Source: Bradymonadia bacterium
GTDB taxonomy: Bacteria; Myxococcota_A; Bradymonadia; REDH01
NCBI GenBank assembly: GCA_047629415.1
Contig: JBLHWZ010000002.1
Coordinates: 1,917-65,916 of the forward strand
DNA: 64,000 nt
Direction of reading: 5' to 3'
Shown: piece by piece, positions 9,449 through 19,100 of the stretch
Layout: every line of letters starts with the position of its first letter
Numbering within the stretch: position 1 is the stretch's first letter
Translations under genes and position numbers: made by a program
Notes under the pieces: model-generated
Told to the model about the DNA's origin: nothing
Databases searched by the model: none
What the model saw: only the letters and a program-made list of their open reading frames with translations

Positions 9449-10324
9449 TCATTTCTGCTCCCGCAGGCACGCTCTCTCAAGCGGGGAGAGGCCGCTGGTC
9501 TTGCTCAGATCGAGAGGCTCCTTCAGGTACATGATCGGGTTCGCGAGCACACGAACTCGCCTCTGAGACTGAGGTGCAGCTGTGTGGAGGGCGTACGGGT
9601 GGGTCAGGTAGACGTCGCCAGCCTCACCAGTGGCCTCGATCACGTCCTTGCAGCGCCGGTAGATTGGCATGCAGAGGTCGCGGGCATCGAGATCGACTGG
9701 CTCCGTGGCCGTGCGCAGAGCATCTGCGATCATTCGGACCGAGTCGGCCGCGACGAGGGTCGCACCTTCATCGGGACCAATATCGGAGAGCAGGATTAGT
9801 GGCACCAGCCCAACCCTCGTGTTCTGCGCAGTCGCATCTGGCCGCGGATCGTCGATATGCCACTTCAGGTTCTCTCGGCCCGAACGCCGGTCGGACGCCA
9901 ACAATGGCATCGGGTTACCCAGGATTGTGTAGTCCCCCCAAAAGTCCCGCTCCCAAGCGTCCGCAGACCCTGCGATCTGACAAGCCGCCGACCATGCCCG
10001 CGGGCATATTTCGCTGATCGGGAGCAGGCGATCCCCAAGTACGGAGATTCGGCCACCAAAGTGACGGACACCGCGGTCGTATTCGAACTCCTCAAGCGCT
10101 CGACGCTGCCGAGAAGTGTGGCACTCGTGCACGTACTTCCCGGGATCGCGGCGGGCACGGCTCCGGGCCAGACGTCTCCACTCTTCGATCCGATCCTTCG
10201 CCACGGCGCCGCGTAAGACGACAAAACCCCGTTGCACAAACTGCTGAAGTTCGGCCTCCGATAACCGGTTGGCTGACGGCTCATCCGCCAAGAAGGGAGG
10301 TTGTCGAAGTGCGTCGGATGCCAT
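9449..10324 (-). CDS. Phytanoyl-CoA dioxygenase (PhyH)-family Fe(II)/2-oxoglutarate oxygenase-like protein
   Basis: ATG at 10324. N-terminal LSEAELQQFVQRGFVVLRGAV is typical of PhyH. WHIDD supplies the H-x-D motif, and THPYALHTAAP supplies the distal His. Confidence 0.6.
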   Translation of the reverse strand: MASDALRQPPFLADEPSANRLSEAELQQFVQRGFVVLRGAVAKDRIEEWRRLARSRARRDPGKYVHECHTSRQRRALEEFEYDRGVRHFGGRISVLGDRLLPISEICPRAWSAACQIAGSADAWERDFWGDYTILGNPMPLLASDRRSGRENLKWHIDDPRPDATAQNTRVGLVPLILLSDIGPDEGATLVAADSVRMIADALRTATEPVDLDARDLCMPIYRRCKDVIEATGEAGDVYLTHPYALHTAAPQSQRRVRVLANPIMYLKEPLDLSKTSGLSPLERACLREQK

Positions 10325-10562
10325 GGTCTAGACCATATGCCAGTCGTATCCGGTGTGCAAACGATGAGTCGCCTATGACTGCCTCGCGATTCCCCGTCCC
10401 ATCGGCGTCCTTTGGCAGCGCGACCGGTAGAGAGAAACACAGGGAGAACCCAAGCCAGAGGCGCGGGCTCAGGACGGGTAATCGCAGCAACTAAGCTCAC
10501 CGGATTTGCGAGGGATACGAAGCGCAACTAGGAATCGACGTCTCCTCCCACCGCTGGCGCAC

Positions 10563-10985
10563 TTGTCCATACTCGGCCTCGACATTGGTACCCTTCGAAT
10601 CGGTGCCTCCGGCAGCAACGAAGCTCGAATCGCGACTCCGTTGGAAACCATCCCGGGACGCCCACGTAAAGCCGCCTTGGCTCGCGTCGTCGAACTCGTC
10701 GAGGAGCGAGGCGTGGAAACGATCGTCGTAGGATTGCCGCTCGAACTCGATGGCACAGAGGGGATCGCAGTCCGCAAGATTCGGCGCTTCACAGCCTCGA
10801 TCGCGGGGGCGCTGCCGGAGATGCCCATCGTCGAGTGGGACGAACGACTGACCAGCGTCGCGGCCGAGTCCTCGCTGATCGAGTCAGGGATGCGCCGCAA
10901 GGCGCGTAAACAGGTGATCGACCAGGTGGCGGCAGTGTTGATTCTGCAGGGATACCTCGAATCGCTGGGGCACGATGGCCATTAA
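10563..10985 (+). CDS. ruvX: Holliday junction resolvase-like nuclease RuvX (YqgF)
   Basis: Motifs ILGLDIGTLRIGAS, VVGLPLELDGTEG, WDERLTS and AAVLILQGYLE. I place the start at the in-frame TTG at 10563; the ORF track start at 10506 adds 19 poorly fitting residues. Confidence 0.8.
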   Translation: MSILGLDIGTLRIGASGSNEARIATPLETIPGRPRKAALARVVELVEERGVETIVVGLPLELDGTEGIAVRKIRRFTASIAGALPEMPIVEWDERLTSVAAESSLIESGMRRKARKQVIDQVAAVLILQGYLESLGHDGH

Positions 10986-12135
10986 GATCGGAGAGCGAGT
11001 TCGTCCTACGAGCGGGTCAACCGCGACGGTCAAAGCGGAAGCTACGGAGACGCTAAAAGCCGCGGCGGCGCTCAGATCTCCGCCCCCCGAAACACGCAGG
11101 AAAGGTGGATTCCGCTCGTTCATGACGACGGTCGCCGTCTTGGCCTTCCTGGTCGCAGGCTCCATCGCAACACTCGCCTTCATCAAGTACCGACTGTTCG
11201 TCACGTCGGATGTGGTGATCGCTGGCGAACCGGTGCCCTTCTTCGTCCAAGAAGGCGAAGGAGCCTATGCCCTCGTCGAGCGTCTAATTTCGGATGGAGT
11301 ACTCCCTGAGAGCGAGTTCTGGCGGCCGTTCGTCAGACTCGAGGCCCGAACAGGATGCCTGCAAGCTGGTGAGCATCTGTTACCTGCTGAAGCTACCCCC
11401 AGCCGCGTCTTCGACGTCGCCTGCGAGACAGCGTATGCACCCGGAATCCGGCTGGTCTTCATTGAAGGCCTCAACATGTACCAGCTCGCTGATCGGATGA
11501 GCGGCGCAGGGCTGGGCGAGCGCGACGAAATCCTCCGACTCGCGCAGGACCGCGAGTTCTTAAATACGCTCGCAATCGAAGCGCCCACGCTCGAGGGCTA
11601 CCTCGCACCAAACACCTATGAGTTTGAGGAGGACTCCGGTCCGGCCGAAGTCTTCACGCAGCTGGCGCAAGCTGGGTCCGTCGTTCGGGAGGAGCTCTTC
11701 GCGGCTCCCAGCGCAATCAAAGAGCAGTACACGGAGCACGAGATCCTGACGGTCGCGTCCATCGTCGAGCGCGAGGCGCGCGTTGACGACGAGCGGCCGA
11801 TCGTAGCGCGCGTCATCTACAACCGCCTCGATCGCGGGATGAAGGTTCAGTGCGATCCCACCTGCGTTTACGGGCCCGACACCTACAACCAGCGGCCAAG
11901 TCCTGCGACCTGTCGCAGCGACCGAAGCACGCACTCGACGTACATGCTGCCAGCTCTTCCCCCAACGCCGATCGCGATGCCGCGGCGATCGTCCATCGAC
12001 GCCGCGCTGCATCCAGCCGAAGACCCCAACGTGCTCTACTTCGCTGCTCGGATGGACGGCTCACGGAGGCACGTCTTCGCGAACACCTACGAGGAGCACA
12101 TCGCGAACGTCGACCGATACATCCGAGGCCGGTGA
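10975..12135 (+). CDS. mltG: Endolytic murein transglycosylase MltG (YceG family)
   Basis: N-terminal TM segment (VAVLAFLVAGSIATLAFI). Family motifs LEGYLAPNTYEF, ILTVASIVEREA, VIYNRL and VQCDPTCVY. It overlaps the ruvX stop, and ruvX-mltG is a conserved pair. Confidence 0.85.
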   Translation: MAIKIGERVRPTSGSTATVKAEATETLKAAAALRSPPPETRRKGGFRSFMTTVAVLAFLVAGSIATLAFIKYRLFVTSDVVIAGEPVPFFVQEGEGAYALVERLISDGVLPESEFWRPFVRLEARTGCLQAGEHLLPAEATPSRVFDVACETAYAPGIRLVFIEGLNMYQLADRMSGAGLGERDEILRLAQDREFLNTLAIEAPTLEGYLAPNTYEFEEDSGPAEVFTQLAQAGSVVREELFAAPSAIKEQYTEHEILTVASIVEREARVDDERPIVARVIYNRLDRGMKVQCDPTCVYGPDTYNQRPSPATCRSDRSTHSTYMLPALPPTPIAMPRRSSIDAALHPAEDPNVLYFAARMDGSRRHVFANTYEEHIANVDRYIRGR

Positions 12136-12172
12136 GACCTACGCGGCGCGAACCGTGTCCGCGCCGCAGCGT

Positions 12173-14251
12173 CTATGCGGCAGCAGGCGCCTTCGGACCT
12201 GTGTCGTTCCCGTCGTCGCCTTGGATGTATTCCTTCGGCTTGTAGAGGAACGCGACGATCACGAACGCGATCGCTGTTCCGGCCATCAGCCGGGTGAAGA
12301 ACCAGAAGTACGGTGCTCCGCGCAATGTGGTGGCGCCGCCAACGTAGGGACGAGCCTCCGCCACGAAGGGCTGTGCAGCAATCTCTACTCCCTCGGCGGC
12401 AACTGGCGCAGGTAGGAAGTCTTCGAGCGTCAGCGACGCAGTTCCGTCCTCAGCCATCGCCCGATTGAGCGCCATTCGCGCGGTCTCGGTCTGCACCCAC
12501 GTGTAGCGGACCTCGGAGTCGGCCGTCGCGCTTCCGGCCTGTGCCACTGCCTCTTCCTGCGACTGCACCGACATCGCGCTAACCGAGACTTCGATCCATG
12601 CATCGAAGAGCGTGTGCTGCTCGTCGTCCGGACCATCTGAGGAGATGATGAAGTTCTGTCGGTTGATCAGTTGGTAGCGAAGCGGGTTACCCCACGGGTC
12701 GTTCACAGTAGCGACGAGTTCAGCGCCGTCCTCAGTGAGCGGGAGCCTGTCTTCAGCGTTCCAGTATGCCTCGATCTGGGCCAGGCCCTGATGCAGTGCC
12801 TCTGACTCAGAGAGGCTCATACCCTCCTTGTTTCCGTCGGCCCCGAAGAGCACTTCGATGTCATCGTTGGCCGCATCGCTGAAGCCTGGGAGGATCAGCG
12901 AGAACGAGCCGTCTTCACGTTGTTCGAGACCGATTCCGGCGGCCTCTGCAAGTGCAGCCCTGCCCTCGGTTCCCTCAAACTCAGCGAACTCAGCGGCCAG
13001 AATCATTGCCGCTTCCGACCCACTGTCCACGACGATGTTGTTGTTGACCGTGGCGGTGAAGATATTGCCGAGCGAGACGCTCATCAAGAAGAGCGCCATG
13101 ATCACGGACTTCATCGTCTTGGGCGCCTGCGTGTAGGCGAACTCCAGTCCGGTGATGGAGACCATGACCTCAGATGCGGTGAGGATTGCGTAAGCAGAAA
13201 CCTGCCATCCGATCGACGGGCGCTGGCCAGCATCGATCAGACCTTGAGCGTAAGCGACCATCGCGAAACCGCCGACCATCACGAAGAGGCCGAGCGAGAT
13301 CTTCCGCATCGGAGTGAGCTTCCAGAACTTATTGATCGCCGGGTAGACGATGAACTGGAAGGTCGGGATGAACACCAGGATCATGATCGGGTTCACCGCC
13401 TGAATTTGCGACGAGAGCCAGGTGCGGCCGAGCCAATAGCGATCCATGTCCTCGGCCTGAAGCACCCAAGATGAGCCTGTCTGATCAAAGAGCGCCCAGA
13501 ACACCGCAATGAAGAGGAACACGACGCTGACCTTGGCCATCGCCTTGAGTCCCACCGGGCTGAACGTCTCGTCGAACCAGCGCTTCCCGCTCGGCGGGAT
13601 GTGGACGAATACGTTGCGCCCCTTCCAGAATGCGAAGGTCGCGATCGCCATCAGGATGCCCGGGATACCAAACGCGTAGTGCGGGCCGTACCACTCAAGC
13701 AGCCACGGCGTGAGCATCGTCGAGAGGAACGCGCCTGTGTTGATCGAGAAGTAGAACCAGCCGAACACCTTCGTCAGTAGCTGCTTATTGCCCGGTCCGA
13801 ACTGGTCACCCACGTGCGCCGAAACGCAGGGTTTGATGCCGCCAGAGCCGAGCGCGATCAGGATCAAGCCCATCCACATCGTCTTGGCAGGATCGATCGC
13901 GTCGCTGATCCCCATCATCGCCAGAACTGCGTGCCCCGCACAGTAAACCAGACTCAGCGACATGATCGTCAGGTACTTGCCGAGAAGAATGTCGGCGAGC
14001 AGCGCACCAAGGATTGGTGTGAAATAAACGAGCGATGTGAACGCGTGATAGTGCTCGACCGCGGTCGCCCGAGCCATCGGGTCCCCATCAGCAGCGCCCG
14101 GAAGGAGAAAGAGAAACTGGGTCATGAAGACGACCAGAATCCCCTTCATTCCGTAGAAGCTGAACCGCTCAGCGGCTTCGTTTCCGATGATGTAGGGGAT
14201 ACCCTTCGGAAGTCCCGAGGTCATCGGCGGAGAAGTAAGAGGCGCTGACAT
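12173..14251 (-). CDS. POT/PTR2-family proton-dependent oligopeptide transporter with a ~240-aa periplasmic insertion
   Basis: ATG at 14251 (MSAPLTSPP...). POT signature NEAAERFSFYGM and motif GGIKPCVSAHVGDQF. There are multiple TM segments. An extra soluble segment (ORF residues ~452-690) lies before the last TM. Confidence 0.85.
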   Translation of the reverse strand: MSAPLTSPPMTSGLPKGIPYIIGNEAAERFSFYGMKGILVVFMTQFLFLLPGAADGDPMARATAVEHYHAFTSLVYFTPILGALLADILLGKYLTIMSLSLVYCAGHAVLAMMGISDAIDPAKTMWMGLILIALGSGGIKPCVSAHVGDQFGPGNKQLLTKVFGWFYFSINTGAFLSTMLTPWLLEWYGPHYAFGIPGILMAIATFAFWKGRNVFVHIPPSGKRWFDETFSPVGLKAMAKVSVVFLFIAVFWALFDQTGSSWVLQAEDMDRYWLGRTWLSSQIQAVNPIMILVFIPTFQFIVYPAINKFWKLTPMRKISLGLFVMVGGFAMVAYAQGLIDAGQRPSIGWQVSAYAILTASEVMVSITGLEFAYTQAPKTMKSVIMALFLMSVSLGNIFTATVNNNIVVDSGSEAAMILAAEFAEFEGTEGRAALAEAAGIGLEQREDGSFSLILPGFSDAANDDIEVLFGADGNKEGMSLSESEALHQGLAQIEAYWNAEDRLPLTEDGAELVATVNDPWGNPLRYQLINRQNFIISSDGPDDEQHTLFDAWIEVSVSAMSVQSQEEAVAQAGSATADSEVRYTWVQTETARMALNRAMAEDGTASLTLEDFLPAPVAAEGVEIAAQPFVAEARPYVGGATTLRGAPYFWFFTRLMAGTAIAFVIVAFLYKPKEYIQGDDGNDTGPKAPAAA

Positions 14252-14528
14252 GTTGGCTTTCCGCGTAGGAGTTCGCCCCGCGACACCTGAGCCAGTGGGA
14301 GGCTCGGCGGATCCTGGGGACAGCGGAGTCTTACAAACGCGTACACTGGACGCAATGGATGTGTCGTTGCGCAGCACGTGCCGCACCCAGCGAGAGCGCG
14401 GGGAACAGCGGCAGTAGTGGAACCCGGGTGCCGGTGAGAGAGATCTCGGGGACCGAGTTCTCGCTCACTGGCACCCACTTGGAGACACTGCTACATCCAA
14501 GCGAACTTCAACTCCGTCCAAGTCGAAC

Positions 14529-16109
14529 ATGCGTTTTAGGTTCCTCTACATTGTCGGTTTTGCACTGGGACTCTCCGCGTGTGGCACCGAGCCCGCGGGC
14601 ATCTTCGACTCAGGTCTGCTCTCAATTGATGCTGGCGACGACTCGACGACGCTTCCGGATGTTGCGAACACTGACACCGTGACGGACATCGGTGCGCCCG
14701 ACATCACCGACCCTCCGGACGCCCCACCGACCGTTCGCGAGGTGTGCGACGACGGCGTCGACAATGACGGCGACGGCACCATCGATTGTGCTGATACCGA
14801 CTGTATGACTGACGCGGCGTGCGACACCCCGCTTCCGATGGAGGACTGCGGAAACGACGTGGACGACGACGGCGACGGCGACATTGACTGCGAAGACAGT
14901 GATTGTGTCTCTGATCCGATCTGTGAAGGTCCCCAGCCAATCGAAGACTGCGGAAACAGCCTAGACGATGACGGCGACGGCGCGATCGACTGCCGTGACT
15001 CGGACTGCGCGACTGACCCGCTCTGCACGTCGACTGGAGGCGAGGACTGCAGCAATTTCTTGGACGACGACGGCGACGGCGACGTCGACTGTCGCGACAG
15101 CGACTGCCTCGGACACCCTTACTGCGACGAGATCTGCGACGACGCGGTCGACAACGATCGCGACGGCCTCATCGACTGCGACGACTCCGACTGTGATGAG
15201 GACCCGATCTGCGGAGGCGGCGAAGAGGACTGCAACAACGGCGTGGATGACGACGGAGACCTGCTCATCGATTGTGATGACGATGGCTGTTTCGAGGAGT
15301 GCGGCGCCGGTGGAGACGAGGACTGCTTCAACTTCCGCGATGATGATGGCGACGGCGCCATCGATTGCGACGACAGCGATTGCATTACTTCCCCATTCTG
15401 CGGCGGCGGCGGCGACGAGATCTGCAACAACCTCGTCGACGACGACGGTGACGGCGCGACCGACTGTGCAGACCGCGACTGCAGCGGCTCTTCGGTCTGC
15501 GGCCGCGAGCGATGCGGCGACGGATTCGATAACGACGCCGACGGCCTCATCGACTGCGACGATATCGAGCAATGCGCATCCCACGTGCTCTGCGTCGGCG
15601 GCGCTCGTGAAGCCAACTGTATAGATGACATCGACAACGACGCCGACGGTCGCACCGACTGCGAAGACGGCGACTGCGCATCCAACCCAATCTGCACCGC
15701 TACGGGCGACCCGGAAATCTGTGGGGACGGCCTAGACAACGATGGCGACGGCACCTTCGACTGCGGCGACACGGACTGCTTCGACGACCCAGCGTGCGAC
15801 GAAGCCGGTAACTGCTCGGACGAAGACATCGCAGATCTGGCTGATGTCGACTACACCGACCTCATCTTCAGCTGCGTGATCGACTGCCTCGGCGGCGATT
15901 CGCGAGCTTGTGCTGGTGAGTGCACTCAGGAGCGCACGGGCATCTCACGAAGCTGTGCCGACTGCTTTGGCGGACTCATCGAATGCGCCCAAGACCTCTG
16001 CATCAGTACATGCCTTGCCGACCCGTCGGGCGGCGCTTGCATCTCCTGCGTAACCGACGGTTGCGGCGACGACTTCTTCTTCTGTTCTGGCTTCGAGCTC
16101 GAGTTCTAG
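14529..16109 (+). CDS. Secreted lipoprotein with 11 acidic four-Cys DxDxDG modules and a Cys-rich C-terminal domain
   Basis: MRFRFLYIVGFALGLSACGT (lipobox). I counted 11 copies of C-x-[DN]-x2-D-[DN]-D-x-D-G-x2-D-C-x-D-x-D-C-x3-5-C. The C-terminal ~95 aa carry many Cys residues. Confidence 0.8.
   Translation: MRFRFLYIVGFALGLSACGTEPAGIFDSGLLSIDAGDDSTTLPDVANTDTVTDIGAPDITDPPDAPPTVREVCDDGVDNDGDGTIDCADTDCMTDAACDTPLPMEDCGNDVDDDGDGDIDCEDSDCVSDPICEGPQPIEDCGNSLDDDGDGAIDCRDSDCATDPLCTSTGGEDCSNFLDDDGDGDVDCRDSDCLGHPYCDEICDDAVDNDRDGLIDCDDSDCDEDPICGGGEEDCNNGVDDDGDLLIDCDDDGCFEECGAGGDEDCFNFRDDDGDGAIDCDDSDCITSPFCGGGGDEICNNLVDDDGDGATDCADRDCSGSSVCGRERCGDGFDNDADGLIDCDDIEQCASHVLCVGGAREANCIDDIDNDADGRTDCEDGDCASNPICTATGDPEICGDGLDNDGDGTFDCGDTDCFDDPACDEAGNCSDEDIADLADVDYTDLIFSCVIDCLGGDSRACAGECTQERTGISRSCADCFGGLIECAQDLCISTCLADPSGGACISCVTDGCGDDFFFCSGFELEF
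14745..15797 (+). repeat. In-frame tandem array of ~26-35-aa acidic four-Cys modules (11 copies)
   Basis: Examples: CGNDVDDDGDGDIDCEDSDCVSDPIC, CGNSLDDDGDGAIDCRDSDCATDPLC, CSNFLDDDGDGDVDCRDSDCLGHPYC. Spans residues 73-423. Confidence 0.8.
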
Positions 16110-16112
16110 ACC

Positions 16113-19100
16113 ATGAAAAACCGGTTTCTTCTCATCCTCCTCGCCGCCGCGACCTCCGCGGCCAGCTGCAATGACGGTCGCGCCGTCGACGGCACCACCG
16201 ACGCAACCACCATCGATGATGTTGGCAACGACGCTATTGGGATCGACGTCGACGACGACGTCCCTGATGTCACGATCGACTTCGGACTAGACCCCCGTGA
16301 AGACGTCCCCTCGACCGACGTCGTCGAAGATGTCGCGGATGTCGCGCCTGACGAAGGCATCGACACGAGCCCCGACGCAGAGCCCGACATCCCTGAAGGG
16401 TGCGGTGACAGCGTCATCAACGATGGCGAAGAGTGTGACGACGGCGAGGACAACTCGAACATCGAGATCGACGCCTGCCGCACGGACTGTACTCTCGCAG
16501 TGTGCGGGGATGGAGTTGCTGACAGCGGCGAAGAGTGTGACGACGGCGAGGGCAACTCGAACGTCGAGATCGACGCATGCCGCACAGACTGCTCCGAGCC
16601 TATCTGCGGCGACGGCGTCACGGACAGCGACGAGGACTGCGATGGCGGACCTGATTGCTCGGATGAGTGCACCAATCCTTTGGCGAGCCTTTGCTCTGAG
16701 TGCGCCTTCGACGACGAATGCGGCGGCGATGAGGACTTCTGTGTTGACGGGTTCTGTGGGCTCGGCTGCGACGATTCCGATTGCCCGCGCGGCTTCGAAT
16801 GTGCCGATGTCATCGGAGGACTCCAGTGTGTTCCAAGCAGCGGTACGTGCGAGCCTTGCTTTGATCCCGACGGCGACGGCTACGGTATCGGCGAGGAGTG
16901 CCTCGGCCTCGACTGTGAGGAAGGAAACTCCGACGTGAACCCAGGTGCGGCTGAGGAGTGCGACGGGGTCGACAACAACTGCAATGGCTTCGTGGATGAG
17001 GCGGGTGGCGGCCCCACCTGGCACGCCGACAACGACGGTGACGGAGCAGGAAGCATCGAAGACTTCATCGAAGCCTGCGAACCAAGCGACGAGTACCCAA
17101 GCGCCGAAGGCGGCGACTGCGACGACGACGATTCAGAGGTTTTCCCGGGTGCGGTCGACCTCTGCAACGGGGTCGATAACGACTGCGACGAAGATACGGT
17201 CGACGGCAACGACGAAGAGCTCGTTGGCGGCGCCTGTGACGGCCTCGACGACGATCGCTGTGCCGGCGGCACTACAGAGTGCGTCGAAGGCGCGCTCATC
17301 TGCACGGAAGGACCCGAAGGGACCCGCGAGCTCTGCGACGGGGTCGATAATGACTGCGATCCTGACACCGCCGATGGCAGCGACGACCCGCGTGTCGGCG
17401 ATGCGTGCGACGGTGAGGACTCGGACCTCTGCGAAGAAGGCCTCTCGATCTGCCGCGGCGGCGAGTTGCTCTGCGACGACAGCACCGACGACCAGATCGA
17501 GATCTGCGACGGCGAGGACAACGACTGCGACGGCACCGAAGACGAAGACGCAGGGGACCTCTGGTTCCGCGACTCGGACGGCGATCGCTTTGGCACCGAA
17601 GACGAGACGACAAACGCGTGCATCCGCCCGCCCGGTTTCTCGGCGCGATCCGGAGACTGTAACGACGATGAGAGTGCGGTGAACCCGGATGAGGAAGACA
17701 TCTGCGACCGTCTAAACAACGACTGCGTCGGCGAGGCCGATGATGATCCGGCCTTCCATGAGACCGGATGGCCCGACATCGATGGAGACGGCTTCGGTGA
17801 CTCCTCCGCGGACTCTTCCGGCTGCGAGATCCCGCCAGACTACGTCGACAACGGCGAAGACTGTAACGACGACTCCGCTGCGGCCGCCCCCGGCCTCGAC
17901 GAAGTCTGCGACGATGGGTTGGACAACGACTGCAACGACGACGTGGACTGCGCCGATGGCGCCTGCGCTGAAGAAGAGGAGTGTGTGGTCGACTGCAGCG
18001 ATGATTCGATCGGTGACACGATCGGTCTTGAGGCTTCTACGGGGACTACCGAAGGCGCCGGCAACGAGCTCACGGCTGGTTGCTCGGGCGGAGGCGGACC
18101 GGAGGTCGTGCTTGAGTGGACCGCTCCAGAGACCGGCACCTTCATCATGGACACGCTCGGTTCGGACTTTGATACCACGCTCTATGTGCTGGATGGTTGC
18201 GAGGGCGAGGAGATCGCATGCAACGACGACGCCTTCGACGGTGGGGAACGGCTCCGCTCCCAGGTGACATTCGATGCCGAAGCCGGTTCCAATCTTCTCA
18301 TCGTCGTCGATGGGTTCGGCGGCGGCTCGGCCGGCGACTATGTGCTGAACATCCGCCTCGACCTCGACGAGATCTGCGATAGCGGCGAGGATGAAGACGG
18401 TGACGGCGACATCGATTGTGCGGACACTGATTGTGTCGGCGACGACGCTTGCTTGGAAGTCTGCGACGACGCCGAGGACAATGACCTAGACGGCGACACC
18501 GATTGCGACGACAGCGACTGCCTCGGCGACGACGCCTGCGTCGAGATCTGCGACGACGGTGCGGACAACGACGGTGACGACGAGGTCGACTGTTTCGACA
18601 TTGACTGCGCAGGCGACGATGTCTGCCGATTCGACGGATGTGCGGCTGCGGAGATCACTGGCACGGGCGAGATCGCGACCGGCAGCACCGAGGACTTCGC
18701 GTATTCGTACATCGCAGAGTGCGGTTCAGCGGCCGGTGGAACCCCGGCCGGTGGCGAAAACGCGAGAGATGCGTTCTACATCTGGACCGCACCAGCGAGC
18801 GGAACGTTCGTCATCGACACGCTCGGATCGACCTTCGACACCTTGCTCGCCGTTCTCGACGGGGAGTGCGGCGGCGAGGAGATCGCATGCAACGATGACG
18901 GGTTCGCAGGCGAGGAGCAAACCCGCTCATCGGTTGAGATCGAGGTCAGCGGCGGCGACGTCGTGACCATCGCTCTGGGCGGCTGGGGCTTTAGCAGTGG
19001 CGACTACGTATTGAACGCTACGCGCATCGAGACTGCCTGCGGCGACGACATCGACAATGATGAAGACGGTGACATCGACTGCGACGACTCAGATTGTGCC

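Noticed and set aside
14469-14483. A sigma-54-like TGGCAC...TTGG sequence upstream of the 14529 lipoprotein gene.
   Set aside because: The -12 element is TTGG rather than TTGC, and the GG-to-GC spacing is one nt short of the strict sigma-54 requirement.
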